Source: a virus. From it: 64,000 nt of DNA. The stretch covers positions 33,795 to 97,794 of IMG/VR virus record IMGVR_UViG_3300036942_000180; one strand, 5' to 3'. Positions 9,594 through 19,868 of the stretch are shown here, in pieces. Every line of letters starts with the position of its first letter. Position 1 is the first letter of the stretch. A model generated the notes under the pieces. That model was not told the DNA's origin. It searched no databases and worked only from the letters and a program-made list of their open reading frames with translations. Both the position numbers and the translations under genes were made by a program.

Positions 9594-12500
9594 TTATTCT
9601 TCGTCTTCTTCGATTTCAACTTCCACTTCGACGAATTCTCCTGTGTCTTCATCTTCTTTGTAGTACACTGTCTCTTCTCCACTGTTATCTATCCATAAAT
9701 CGTTTTCTTCATCGTACTCCAAGTTCTTCTGCTGACTCAATACCTTCGGTTCAGGGATCAAGTTTTCTAATTCTTCCTTAGCTAACTTGTTGAATTGCTC
9801 TCTGAATTCTTTATCTTCGTCATATTTTTCCTTTATTTCGTTCATCCTAAAGCTACTTTCATAGCCATCTAAACTTTTCCAAGCACTGCCCGAAATTCTC
9901 TTAGCATCATCAAGTAATAGATAGTTAGATAGAATATTATCATAACCATTAACTTGATCAAAAACACTATTGAAAGTGACTCCTGCGGCAGTTGACCTAG
10001 ATTTAATAAATTTACCTTCGATTTCAAATCCTTTGACGTAGAACTTCTTATCTGGTTTTAATTTTGATCCTGCTTCAAGTTTGATTAAATAGTTGCTTAG
10101 ATATAATGGAGCTTTTCCACCTGGGACATTTTCCGTTTATATTCATATAGATTCGCTACTATCCATACAGTTCTCTTATGAACTTCTACATATTTCTATA
10201 TAGACTAGACTATATCTTTTTCAAGACTTTTTCGAATACCAATAGCTTGTATTCTACTCCCTTTCGGGATAGTCGTTGAACTTTATATATTATATTATTC
10301 CAAATAATTTTAATATTTTCTTTAACTTTCCATATCTATAATATTTGTATTTTATTCTAAATATTTTATAATTATTTTTAATAGCTTTTTTAGATTTTTT
10401 ATAATCAATTTCTTTTCTTCTTTTTAAATCTTTATCAGTCATGCTCCATTTTTTCTTATCATGTTGTTCTCCATCAAATTCAATTAATATATTTTTATTT
10501 TTTATTAAAAAGTCGTAAGGTTTATTTGATAGAAAATTATCATTTGGAATTACAAACTGATGCTTGTACTTTATATTATATTCATCTAAAATTTCTATTA
10601 TTTTCTTTTCACCTTTAGATATAGTAATAGAGCAATGTGGACATCTATTTTTATTATCTACAAAATCATTATAAGTAGTTGTAAATTTATTATTACATTT
10701 CAAATGTTTAAGAATAATTTTAGTCTTATTGTTTTTATATTCTCCCTTTTTAACTTTAATAAACTCATAATTATTATTACTTTCTTTTCTTATAATAGAT
10801 TTTATATTATTTTTAATCCACATCTTTTTACCCATTGTATTATTTTCATTACACACTGGACATAATTCTTGATTTGATTCATTAATTGTTTGAGGTAAAC
10901 ATTCAAAGTTAGTACCACAATCTTTATGAATTAAATTAATTGATTTTTTACTACTATCATAATTAGATGAAATTATATAATTATCAGGTATATTTCTTTT
11001 TAATTTATTAAATGCTTTTTTTGATCTTTCTTTTAATCTACATTCTGGACATCTATTTCCATTACTAAGAAAATTATTAGGTTTTATTTTCCATATATGT
11101 CCACATATCATATGTTTACATCTAATTTCTGTAGAACTTCCATCATACTCATCTAAAAAAAAATATTCATCTTTAACTTTATCATAAACATCTTGTTGAA
11201 ACTCTTTATTAGTCTTTTTTCTTGGCATTCTAATCGCTTCCTTTAATAAAAAGGAATAATATAATATATTTTAGCTGCTGATTGCCCATTGTAACATCTA
11301 TAAGATTTTTAAGCATATCACGTTTACTAGTTAAGTTACGTTGTAGCTCTTATAGCTTTAGGGGTTTCCAGCAATTAAATCTTTTTATACAGAACTAAAG
11401 TTAATCCTGTTTCAAATAGTTAATTTCAGCCTTAGTTTTATTAAATCCAATTTCAATTTTCTTTGTGATGTGATTGACAACTAATAGGATTATATTAGCA
11501 TCATTCAAAAATGAAGGGATTCTTTTAAAGATTGAAGTGTTTACTTTTGCCACGGCTGAAGCACTCATACCCCCTGATAGCTCTTCCTCCTCCTCTATAT
11601 TTTGAGGACTCATTACAGCAAGACTGTCCAGTATAACAACTGTAGGTGGAAGAACTGTAATTGGTTGTCCTTCATCATCCACTTTCCCAGTATCTAACTC
11701 TAATTTTTCTCTATTCTTTATCTTGAGCTTACTTAAGGACTTGATGCCTTTGTAGAAAGTTTCGGCGTAAATATCACTCTTCAATAAAATATATTTATCT
11801 TTAATCTTCTTAGAAGGCCACTCTGATAATGATTGAATTCTATTCTTAGTTGTAGCTCTCTATAGTGATAGGTAAGCCTTTGATATTATCTCCAGCTTTT
11901 CCCCCACTTCACACTGTACGTGAGACTTTCACCTCATACAGCGTTCTAACATGTTTTAATATTCCTTATTTAACTCCACAATATTTCCTACTTAATTTTT
12001 CTCTTTGTGCTTTCAATCTTAGTTTATTCAATCTGTTGAACTTTCTTCTACCCAACCCAATTTTCTTGACTATTTTAGTAACTGTAGGTTTATTACCATG
12101 TATTAAACGATGCTCAAGTTTAGATACAATAATAAGGTTATGATATTCATCAGTGCCATCAAATTCTTTAGGTAGTTTGTGATGAATTTCAAAATTACCA
12201 GATTGAATATTTTCATTAGTAATCTTTGTCTTACCTTTTTGCTGTATATATAATCCAGGTAGATAACTGTATATGAGGTTATTAAATTTAATATTTTTCT
12301 TCATAACCTTAAGTATCCAACTACTACACCTCTTAGTATATACATTATTTCTAAACCCAAGTTTCTTTAAGTCTTTCTCATCATACACATTAATATTAGG
12401 TTTCCTCTGTATAAGTCTCTTTTGATTTACTCTGTATATAGGTATCATAGGATTTTCAGGTCTAATATAGAAGTATTTCACCTTATCCTTACCTTTCAAA

Positions 12501-14909
12501 GCAGAAACCAGCTGTCTTTCCACTTTGTAGTCTCTACCATATTTGACCTTATCCTTAAGTCCTTTAATTCTACTCCACAACTCATCATGTAGTTTGTATA
12601 ACTGACTACATACATCATTAGCTGCTGAATAATAATTATGAATACCGTTCACATATACATTGTATTTATAAATTTCTTTATCATTTTGGAATTTAGCTAT
12701 CCTGTCAATATGATATTTTACTTTCTCCCTGATATTCTCAAGAGCTTTATCACTTATCTTAATCCTAGTCATATAATTTCTATGAAGAGGATTATTGCTT
12801 TCCTGTTTATAAGGAAGTAGTTTAATATCAAATCCTAGAAATTTAGAGTTGTTGGAAGTGAGATTAACTATCTTACTCTTTCTTTCAGATATCTCCAGCT
12901 TTAGGTCTTTTTCAAAAAAATTTTTCACTCCATGATAAAACCTTTTAGCTTCCCAATAACTTTTACAAAGTATCTTAAAGTCATCAGCATATCTTACTAG
13001 GTATCCTTCCTTCATATCAGAACCCTTCTTTCTTAACATCTTCTTCATGTTTCTGATATTAGTGGATTTATTCTTGGAATTATAGTTGTTTAGAACGTCA
13101 CTATATTCCCACTGATTATTAATCCATTTATCCAATCTATCTAAATAAACATTGGCTAATAATGGGGATAATACACCACATTGAGGAACACCTTTAGTCA
13201 TTTTCTTACCATCAATCGTGCCCTTGAGAATAGCCTTGATAATCATCAAAACCTTCTCATCTCTAATTCCAAAATTCCAAAGTTGATTCATTAAGACTCT
13301 ATGATTAACATTATCAAAGAAACCCTTAATATCTACATCAACTGTGAATTTACATTCCTGATGCATAGTTTTTTGAACTACTCTAGCAAGTGCTTGATGA
13401 CATCCTCTAGTTGGTCTAAAGCCATAACTTTCTTCTTCAAATCTGGCTTCACAAATAGGCTCAAGGATTTGAACAATCATCTGTTGAATAATCCTATCCT
13501 CTATACAAGCTATACCTAAAGGTCTCTTCTTACCGCTCGCTTTTGGAATGTAAACTCTACGCGTGTCATTAGGTTCATAATAATCTAACCTATTTTTAAT
13601 GTGTTGATAATACTCATCTAAATCTTTCTTTAATATTTCCTTCATGGTAATACCATCAGTACCAGGAGTATTCTTCCCAGTATTGTTTTTAAGTTTATGA
13701 ATAGCTCTCAGAAAATTTTTCTTGGATATTATAAGATTGAACAGATTTTTAAAGTTAATATCTTTAGCACTTCGGCTATACAACCATTTATCTTGCTTAT
13801 TTAAACCAAAGTAATAACTGTTTGTATAATCTGTTACTAGTTGCTTATTGGATGACATTTGAGTTTCTCCTCCCTTCTAGAGGGATATTGCGTCCACTCT
13901 TATTTACTCATAAACGATTCTGTCATCATTGTTCTTTATTTTACTCTTTTAGTTTTAAGAGTTTGGAATATTAAACATGTACGAAGGACTATAACTCCAC
14001 AGTTCATTATCACTGCTTCAAAGTCTAGTGTCCTTGCTTTCACAACATTAAACTGATTTCCATCTATGATTGTGGAACATAGACTTTATACAGACCAGTT
14101 AGAGGATTAATTCCCTTATATAACTGTATGTTGTTTCCCTTGTTCCGATAGACTTATCTATTTAATACCCTTAGATGCCTTCTATGACTATGTGATATAT
14201 GATGTGACCATAACACACCAAGGATGTTCATGACCTCGATTTTACTTATCCTCATATCACGACACACTGTGTCCACCTGCATATTATACAGACTCTATAT
14301 AGCCTTCCATTCAAAGGTTCGTCAGACATTTTAAATTATATCATACTCATCATAGGTACTAAGAATCCAGCCCTATACACTCATGACCACCTCTGGTTCA
14401 TTTTTCGCATGGTATAAATGTATAATACCAGTAACGGAGTGATTCAGACTACTTTAACGGGCTTCACAGAATATAGTAACTAATCTATATATTCCATGCC
14501 GTAGCTTCAGACCTGTCATTTCGATACTATAAGTGTATCTCATTCTAACAGTCAGCCTATCAGTTATACCTTATAAAAGATACAGCATTTTTCTAACATC
14601 ATATAATGTTATTGTATGCTAACAAGTCACACCAAAATCATAATGGACAATTTGCCCATTTTCATAAGGCTCAACAATATTAGTTGCCATCTGTATTGCT
14701 AAAGTAGTCTTACCTGTACCAGATTTTCCAATTATAGTAGTAATCTTACCTCCATCAATACCAGCAATAATCTCTCCTGTCTCGGGGTCTTTCCTTCCAT
14801 TGGTGTAATCCAGAACGTCAATCCCTGTTCTATACGTGGGAAGATATGCATCCTCTGATCCAAGGTTTTCTTTTTTAATAGTACTTCTAAATTGATCTGT
14901 TAAATTCAC
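9594..14909 (-). CDS. recA: RecA/UvsX-like recombinase; 3 exons, 424 aa
   Basis: Exons 14909-14633, 11861-11404, 10133-9594 join in frame (1275 nt); Walker A GKSGTGKT, HYDFE, Walker B VILDS, VVNH, QD|ENVPGGKAP. Confidence 0.9.
10134..11403 (-). mobile_element. Group I intron with homing endonuclease ORF (1270 nt)
   Basis: P1 ACAGGAU/GUUCUGU; core nearly identical to introns at 4364-5809 and 20181-21553. Confidence 0.9.
10290..11228 (-). CDS. Intron-encoded endonuclease (Zn-ribbon repeats plus EDxHD/Vsr-like nuclease)
   Basis: HxxCG...RCPxC repeats; SKGEKKI...YDF...IEFDGEQH. Confidence 0.8.
   Translation of the reverse strand: MPRKKTNKEFQQDVYDKVKDEYFFLDEYDGSSTEIRCKHMICGHIWKIKPNNFLSNGNRCPECRLKERSKKAFNKLKRNIPDNYIISSNYDSSKKSINLIHKDCGTNFECLPQTINESNQELCPVCNENNTMGKKMWIKNNIKSIIRKESNNNYEFIKVKKGEYKNNKTKIILKHLKCNNKFTTTYNDFVDNKNRCPHCSITISKGEKKIIEILDEYNIKYKHQFVIPNDNFLSNKPYDFLIKNKNILIEFDGEQHDKKKWSMTDKDLKRRKEIDYKKSKKAIKNNYKIFRIKYKYYRYGKLKKILKLFGII
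11862..14632 (-). mobile_element. Group II intron (2771 nt), probably bacterial class B
   Basis: 5' GUGUG, 3' ...ACUAU; domain V ACGCUGUAUGAGGUGAAAGUCUCACGUACAGUGU at about 11911-11945, followed by domain VI; removal restores recA frame. Confidence 0.92.
11966..13858 (-). CDS. ltrA: Group II intron RT/maturase with HNH endonuclease domain
   Basis: TPGTDG, RPLGI, SYGFRP, DIKGFFD, PQCG, YADD; C-terminal EIHH...NL...H..IH. Confidence 0.95.
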   Translation of the reverse strand: MSSNKQLVTDYTNSYYFGLNKQDKWLYSRSAKDINFKNLFNLIISKKNFLRAIHKLKNNTGKNTPGTDGITMKEILKKDLDEYYQHIKNRLDYYEPNDTRRVYIPKASGKKRPLGIACIEDRIIQQMIVQILEPICEARFEEESYGFRPTRGCHQALARVVQKTMHQECKFTVDVDIKGFFDNVNHRVLMNQLWNFGIRDEKVLMIIKAILKGTIDGKKMTKGVPQCGVLSPLLANVYLDRLDKWINNQWEYSDVLNNYNSKNKSTNIRNMKKMLRKKGSDMKEGYLVRYADDFKILCKSYWEAKRFYHGVKNFFEKDLKLEISERKSKIVNLTSNNSKFLGFDIKLLPYKQESNNPLHRNYMTRIKISDKALENIREKVKYHIDRIAKFQNDKEIYKYNVYVNGIHNYYSAANDVCSQLYKLHDELWSRIKGLKDKVKYGRDYKVERQLVSALKGKDKVKYFYIRPENPMIPIYRVNQKRLIQRKPNINVYDEKDLKKLGFRNNVYTKRCSSWILKVMKKNIKFNNLIYSYLPGLYIQQKGKTKITNENIQSGNFEIHHKLPKEFDGTDEYHNLIIVSKLEHRLIHGNKPTVTKIVKKIGLGRRKFNRLNKLRLKAQREKLSRKYCGVK

Positions 14910-15031
14910 TTCAAATCATCTCCTTATTTATGATGTCTTAATAAAATACTGTATGAAATTGTTTCACTCGATTTTTACAAAAAAAAATCCCTAACCAATT
15001 TTTGAGGTTAAGGATTAATTTATTAATTGAA

Positions 15032-15979
15032 TTATTCAACTTTATAGTGCCAAGTATCAATGAATGTTTGAGTGAGGTCTTGATAATCAAAAATGTTCTG
15101 CCAATTAACGCTAGTTTCATACTCTTCGATAAATGTTTCAGAAAGGACTTGATACCTAGAAATAAGATCCCAATTAACTTCAGTATCATGAGTTCTAATG
15201 AAGTCCTCTGAAAGAGTTTGATATTGCGAAACAAGATTCCAATCTAGTTTATCAATATTATTCTCCATCTCTGCTTCTGTCAGTGATACGTACTTACACT
15301 GATAATTCCAGAAGGTATCATTCTGGTAAAATTCTACTTTATCCAAGTTGAGCTTGTAATCATATTCATCCACAAAATCCATATCTAATGATTGGTATCT
15401 GGAAATCAGTTCCCAATTTAGATTACTTTCATAATCCCTCATGAACTGGTTGGATAGGTTTTGCTTGGATGAAACAGCATCCCAGTCTAAATTGCTAGAA
15501 TTCTCCCTCATGAAATCTTCAGTCAAAAATTGATATATGCACACAGAGAACCAATCTAAGTTTTGAAGATTGTTCCTTAGAAATTCCATTGAAAATACTT
15601 TATTTTTAATAGCTTTCTCCATCTTTAATTTTCCCTGCTCAATCTGTTCTTGAAGGATGTCTTCGGGAACGTCTTGCCCTTCAACCAACCTTTCTGCGTT
15701 GAATTTTTCCAAGTTATCCCTGATGTATTGTTCTGATATCTCCTGTGTCTTAGCTACTAAGTTAGCACCTACTTCATCTATGCTTTCTTCAACTAAAATA
15801 GGTGGTATATTAGTCTTATTTATGAACACCCTCTTCAGATCCATTTCATCCTTATTTTCTCTAAAGAGAGCTATTTTCTCTTCTTCAGTAAGTACCTGAC
15901 TATCAAATATGAAGTCTTCCAACTTCTCCATCCCACTCAATATGAAATGTATCTTGAGCATCTTAGTCAACTCTGACAT
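15032..15979 (-). CDS. Tryptophan-repeat protein
   Basis: Repeated roughly 22-aa units L(D/N)WxxxSxYQxLSExFI. Confidence 0.7.
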   Translation of the reverse strand: MSELTKMLKIHFILSGMEKLEDFIFDSQVLTEEEKIALFRENKDEMDLKRVFINKTNIPPILVEESIDEVGANLVAKTQEISEQYIRDNLEKFNAERLVEGQDVPEDILQEQIEQGKLKMEKAIKNKVFSMEFLRNNLQNLDWFSVCIYQFLTEDFMRENSSNLDWDAVSSKQNLSNQFMRDYESNLNWELISRYQSLDMDFVDEYDYKLNLDKVEFYQNDTFWNYQCKYVSLTEAEMENNIDKLDWNLVSQYQTLSEDFIRTHDTEVNWDLISRYQVLSETFIEEYETSVNWQNIFDYQDLTQTFIDTWHYKVE

Positions 15980-16002
15980 TAAAATTTCCCCCTCAATATA
16001 TT

Positions 16003-16575
16003 TTATTTCATAGTTAATAATATTTCTTTATGTTTCTTTTCTGCATTTACTAAATTTCTAAATATATAAGATACGCTTGGGTCATTTGTATTCATATGAA
16101 TATGAGTATACAATTTAATAGCTTCATTTTCCTTATCAATAGAATGGTCGATAAATTCATCCATCTCGAACGGACCAGTAAATTCTATCTCCTCTTCTAG
16201 CTCTTCGAATTCATCTTCACTCATCTCTATTAAGTCCGCTATCAATTCACCATGTTCTTCTTCATGATGACTAACTCTTCTTAAAATAGCAATATTTCTA
16301 AGTTCATTTCTTTCCTTACATTCTTCCAGCATCGCTTCATATCTAACAGTATCTTCTATTTCCATTCTAATAGCTTTTTCTAATTTTTCTTTCATATCGT
16401 CTGTAATAGAAATTGAAGTAACTTTCTCCCATAAATCAGGATCCTTCATCTCAGTACCTTTGCTTCCACAGTAAGGACAAGTATCAGGTCTTTCTTCACC
16501 TAGATAAACATGATTACATACTTGACATCTATAAATATTCTATTTACTATTCTTCACTTCTTCGTCTAGGAACAT
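16003..16575 (-). CDS. Rubredoxin-like plus ferritin-like (rubrerythrin-type) protein with in-frame TAG at codon 12
   Basis: RBS GAAAGGAG, ATG at 16575, MFLDEEVKNSK*NIYRCQVCNH...CPYCG in frame with ORF 16003-16449 carrying EEEH/EKKH diiron motifs. Confidence 0.7.
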
Positions 16576-16601
16576 ATAAAATCTCCTTTCTTTTTATTAA
16601 T

Positions 16602-16613
16602 TATTACTTTGTT
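16602..16613 (-). promoter_or_regulatory. Late-type promoter AACA-N6-TA
   Basis: AACA-AAGTAA-TA; one of 12 copies. Confidence 0.6.
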
Positions 16614-16629
16614 ACAACACATTAAAAAT

Positions 16630-16674
16630 AAAAAAAAAATAGACTGAGATTTTATTTAAAATATCTCAGTCTAT
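16630..16674 (-). terminator. Intrinsic terminator
   Basis: ATAGACTGAGAT/ATCTCAGTCTAT stem plus long T-tract. Confidence 0.75.
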
Positions 16675-16689
16675 ATTATTAAATTTTAA

Positions 16690-17100
16690 TTATACTTCTA
16701 ATAACTGATATCCTTCTTTCTTATGTAAATCATCTATAGCAGTTATCAGATGAAATTTGCTTTCTTCAAACCTCATTATTATAGTGATGTTAAAATCACT
16801 ACTATATAAGTGAAATTTCTCATTTAATTTTATCTCGCAATCAAGTTCTTCATCGATGAAATGCTTAATCATAACCTTTACTTTCTTTAGAGATATCACT
16901 CGATTGTACATTCTATAATCGAAATGGAAAGAATTATAGAAGTTATAGAATCCGATTTTGATATTTTCTCTAAATCTCCGACTATATTCTTCTTGAGGTC
17001 TAAGTCTTCTCTTTCTTAGACCTCTCATTCCCTTAATCTTTACTAAATATCCATTACTATTATTTAACTTTTCTACCTTTTCAAGAATTCTTTCTTCCAT
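16690..17100 (-). CDS. Hypothetical protein
   Basis: 136-aa ORF with AGGAGG RBS. Confidence 0.65.
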   Translation of the reverse strand: MEERILEKVEKLNNSNGYLVKIKGMRGLRKRRLRPQEEYSRRFRENIKIGFYNFYNSFHFDYRMYNRVISLKKVKVMIKHFIDEELDCEIKLNEKFHLYSSDFNITIIMRFEESKFHLITAIDDLHKKEGYQLLEV

Positions 17101-17121
17101 TTTAATATCCTCCTTTTTAAG

Positions 17122-17421
17122 TTATTTAACTCTTACTTCTTGCAACTCAGTAGGGATATAAAGAGTTTGCCCTACTGTTAATGATTTACTTTGTAAATCA
17201 TTATATTTTACAATATAACTTATAAGAGTATGACCATCATATGAATCTCTATTTTTAATAATAGAGATGAAATCCCATAAACTATCTCCTCTTTCTACAG
17301 TAACTTCAGTTTCATATACATGAGTCAGTTCATAAGTTTCATCCATATATATTTGACTGATTAAAAACCCAGCAGTAATTCCTAAAACTAATATTAAAAT
17401 AATTAAATAACCTTTTTTCAT
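17122..17421 (-). CDS. TM plus LysM protein, YneA-like
   Basis: N-terminal TM; VTVERGDSLW...N...LTVGQTLYIP; 99 aa. Confidence 0.75.
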   Translation of the reverse strand: MKKGYLIILILVLGITAGFLISQIYMDETYELTHVYETEVTVERGDSLWDFISIIKNRDSYDGHTLISYIVKYNDLQSKSLTVGQTLYIPTELQEVRVK

Positions 17422-17558
17422 AATAAATACCTCCTAGTATTTTTAATAATAATTAAAGTCTAGTCAAATTATCATCCTCTGAAGGTTCTCTTTCTTCAGA
17501 AGGATCTACCACAATCTCATAATCATTCATTAAATCACCTCCTTGTTTCTATTCATTA

Positions 17559-17575
17559 TAATAATATAGGTTTAA
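17559..17575 (-). promoter_or_regulatory. Early-type promoter motif
   Basis: TTAAACCTATATTATTA. Confidence 0.55.
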
Positions 17576-17599
17576 GTATTTGACACTTACGGTTTTAAT

Positions 17600-17640
17600 A
17601 AAAAAAAAATAACCCATAGATAAATTAATATCTATGGGTA
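17600..17640 (-). terminator. Intrinsic terminator
   Basis: ACCCATAGATA/TATCTATGGGT stem plus T-tract. Confidence 0.75.
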
Positions 17641-17651
17641 TTATTATTAAA

Positions 17652-18239
17652 TTATAATTGACTTGTAGCTTCATCTTCATATCCTTGTTCTATTTTTTGT
17701 TGTTCTTCTTTGTATTCTTTTGGATAATATTCAATCATTACATCGGGAGTAATACTTGATCCAACCATTCCAAAATAAACTTTAATATCTTCGTTATCCC
17801 ACATGTACATTACTCCTACATGACCCATTTGTAAGGCTTCTTTAAACATTCCTGGTTGATCTTTATAAGTTTCATTATTCCATACTATGCCATAACTTCC
17901 ATCACTAGGATCCCCATATAAAGAATTTAATCGATCTGGCATATTTTTGTATATTTCAATATAATCCATTCCAGACAAATTTCTTTCCATAAGAATATAT
18001 CTAGCTAGTGAAAGTTTATTATCATAGAAAAAGTAACCAACAGCATAACTATTACCAGCGATATTAATTCCAGTATAAAATAATAAATTACTCTCTTCTT
18101 CATATAAACTAGCTGATTCATTTTCCTTTACTTCTTCTTTAGTCATACCCCAGTTTACATTTCTGAAATCTTGACCTAAAGCAGTAAAACTAATTCCTAT
18201 TACCAAGATAAATACTAATAAAACTGTTAATTTTTTCAT
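17652..18239 (-). CDS. Secreted or membrane protein
   Basis: Signal peptide MKKLTVLLVFILVIGISFTALG then DFRNVNWGM. Confidence 0.7.
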   Translation of the reverse strand: MKKLTVLLVFILVIGISFTALGQDFRNVNWGMTKEEVKENESASLYEEESNLLFYTGINIAGNSYAVGYFFYDNKLSLARYILMERNLSGMDYIEIYKNMPDRLNSLYGDPSDGSYGIVWNNETYKDQPGMFKEALQMGHVGVMYMWDNEDIKVYFGMVGSSITPDVMIEYYPKEYKEEQQKIEQGYEDEATSQL

Positions 18240-18497
18240 TAATGATCCTCCTAATTAATTTTTAATTATAAAAATTCTATACCATTTTGATGTAAAATAA
18301 CTTCTTTATTAGAAACATCTAAATGATTTTCTTCATCTAAAAATATATCTAACCACTCATCAGTTTCTAAATTCTTAACTGCAACGCCCCAAGGAAATTC
18401 AATCACTCCAAACTTATCTTTTTCTTTTTCTTCTTTATAATCTTCTAAACTAACTATTTTATTATTAATAAAATATCACTCCTTTCTCTATTCATTA

Positions 18498-18514
18498 TAA
18501 TAATATAGATTTAT
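18498..18514 (-). promoter_or_regulatory. Early-type promoter motif
   Basis: ATAAATCTATATTATTA. Confidence 0.5.
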
Positions 18515-18523
18515 AATTAAAGT

Positions 18524-18556
18524 AAAAACAGATAAGGAAATTAATCCTTATCTGTT
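18524..18556 (-). terminator. Intrinsic terminator
   Basis: AACAGATAAGGA/TCCTTATCTGTT, loop AATTAA. Confidence 0.7.
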
Positions 18557-18717
18557 ATTGTAGTTATTCGTCCTCATCTAATTTATCTTCTTCCTTCACT
18601 TCAATTTCAGCTTGTTGCTTAATGCCAAACGCACCGAGTCCATTATCTTCAATGATAACTTGCTCTTTTTCTTCTTTCTTTTTCTTATCTTTTTCAGTCA
18701 TATCTTATCATCCTTTC

Positions 18718-19170
18718 TTAATCATTAATAGGATTATTAATAAAATTGTTATATCTTAAAAAATCTTTAGTAGCGTCTGAAATTTGATTCAATTTTTTTA
18801 TCTCTTTTATAGTAAACCATCTAATTTCATCATGCTTATGAGGTTCCTTATTAATTAAATTACCTTTATAATTTATTATATTATATAAGAAACTTCTTAC
18901 TTTTATTACTTTGTTCATTCGTTTGTACTTCCTTGTTTCAAGAGATACCAAATCGTAATTCAATAAACTAATATTAAGTTCTTCAAACGCTTCTTTTCTC
19001 AATGTTTCTTCTTTAGTTTCACCATACTCTACTTTACCTACTGGAATAGTCCAAGTATCAAGTTTATTGTGCTTCATCAATAGATATTTATCTTCTTCAT
19101 TTCTTATTATCATGGCTATTCCATCGTGATCTCTCAAATCTGTCTTATTGAATTCAATACCTTCAACCAA
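18718..19170 (-). CDS. NUDIX hydrolase
   Basis: GKVEYGETKEETLRKEAFEE Nudix box. Confidence 0.85.
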   Translation of the reverse strand: MVEGIEFNKTDLRDHDGIAMIIRNEEDKYLLMKHNKLDTWTIPVGKVEYGETKEETLRKEAFEELNISLLNYDLVSLETRKYKRMNKVIKVRSFLYNIINYKGNLINKEPHKHDEIRWFTIKEIKKLNQISDATKDFLRYNNFINNPIND

Positions 19171-19190
19171 TCACAGCACTCCTTTAATCT

Positions 19191-19865
19191 CTATTCATTC
19201 AGATGTATTATGTGATCGTGTCCACAATTAGGACAAGATTCTCCATCATTTTCCCATTTTCTTTTCTTGCCACATAATTGACATTTTCCATATATTTTAG
19301 TTGATTCATTTAAACTTTTATTTATCAATTGAATGTCTAATAAATCTTTATCTCTTCCAAATATCTCTTTCCATTTTTTAATAGATTCTAGTGTTTCTAC
19401 TTGAAGCCCTTCTACTGTTTCAGTTTCGTAATCATACACTTCAGGAGCCCAAGAATCAATATTAAAACATTCTATATCATTATTTATTTCTATTCTTTTC
19501 CCATTAAATTTAGCAGATTCTATTTTATACTTTTTAGACAATTCATTAAAAAAATAATCATTCTCTACCACTAAATCAATATCATTAGTATAATCTTTGA
19601 CTCCATGTAATACTAATGCAGATCCAGAACCTACAAAAAATTTATCTCTTGGAATGTCAATTTCGTTATTAATCATTTTAATAATATTTTCTTTATTTAT
19701 TCCTGCATTATTAGTAGATTCATTCAATAATTCTAATTCTTTTTTATTAATATCCATCTCTTCAGCCAGTAAGTTCATATCATCAACTGAAGATATCTTT
19801 AATTCTTTTATTATTTCCTTTACTTTTTCTTTATTATTCATAAGCAACAACCTTTCAAAAATCAA
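19191..19865 (-). CDS. Nucleotidyltransferase-fold protein with C-terminal Zn ribbon
   Basis: GSGSALVLHG...TNDIDLVV; CQLC...CPNC. Confidence 0.65.
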   Translation of the reverse strand: MIFERLLLMNNKEKVKEIIKELKISSVDDMNLLAEEMDINKKELELLNESTNNAGINKENIIKMINNEIDIPRDKFFVGSGSALVLHGVKDYTNDIDLVVENDYFFNELSKKYKIESAKFNGKRIEINNDIECFNIDSWAPEVYDYETETVEGLQVETLESIKKWKEIFGRDKDLLDIQLINKSLNESTKIYGKCQLCGKKRKWENDGESCPNCGHDHIIHLNE

Positions 19866-19868
19866 TAT

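Noticed and set aside
11966-13858. RT as retron, DGR or defence RT
   Set aside because: Has maturase and HNH domains, domain V/VI RNA and GUGUG...AU boundaries of a group II intron
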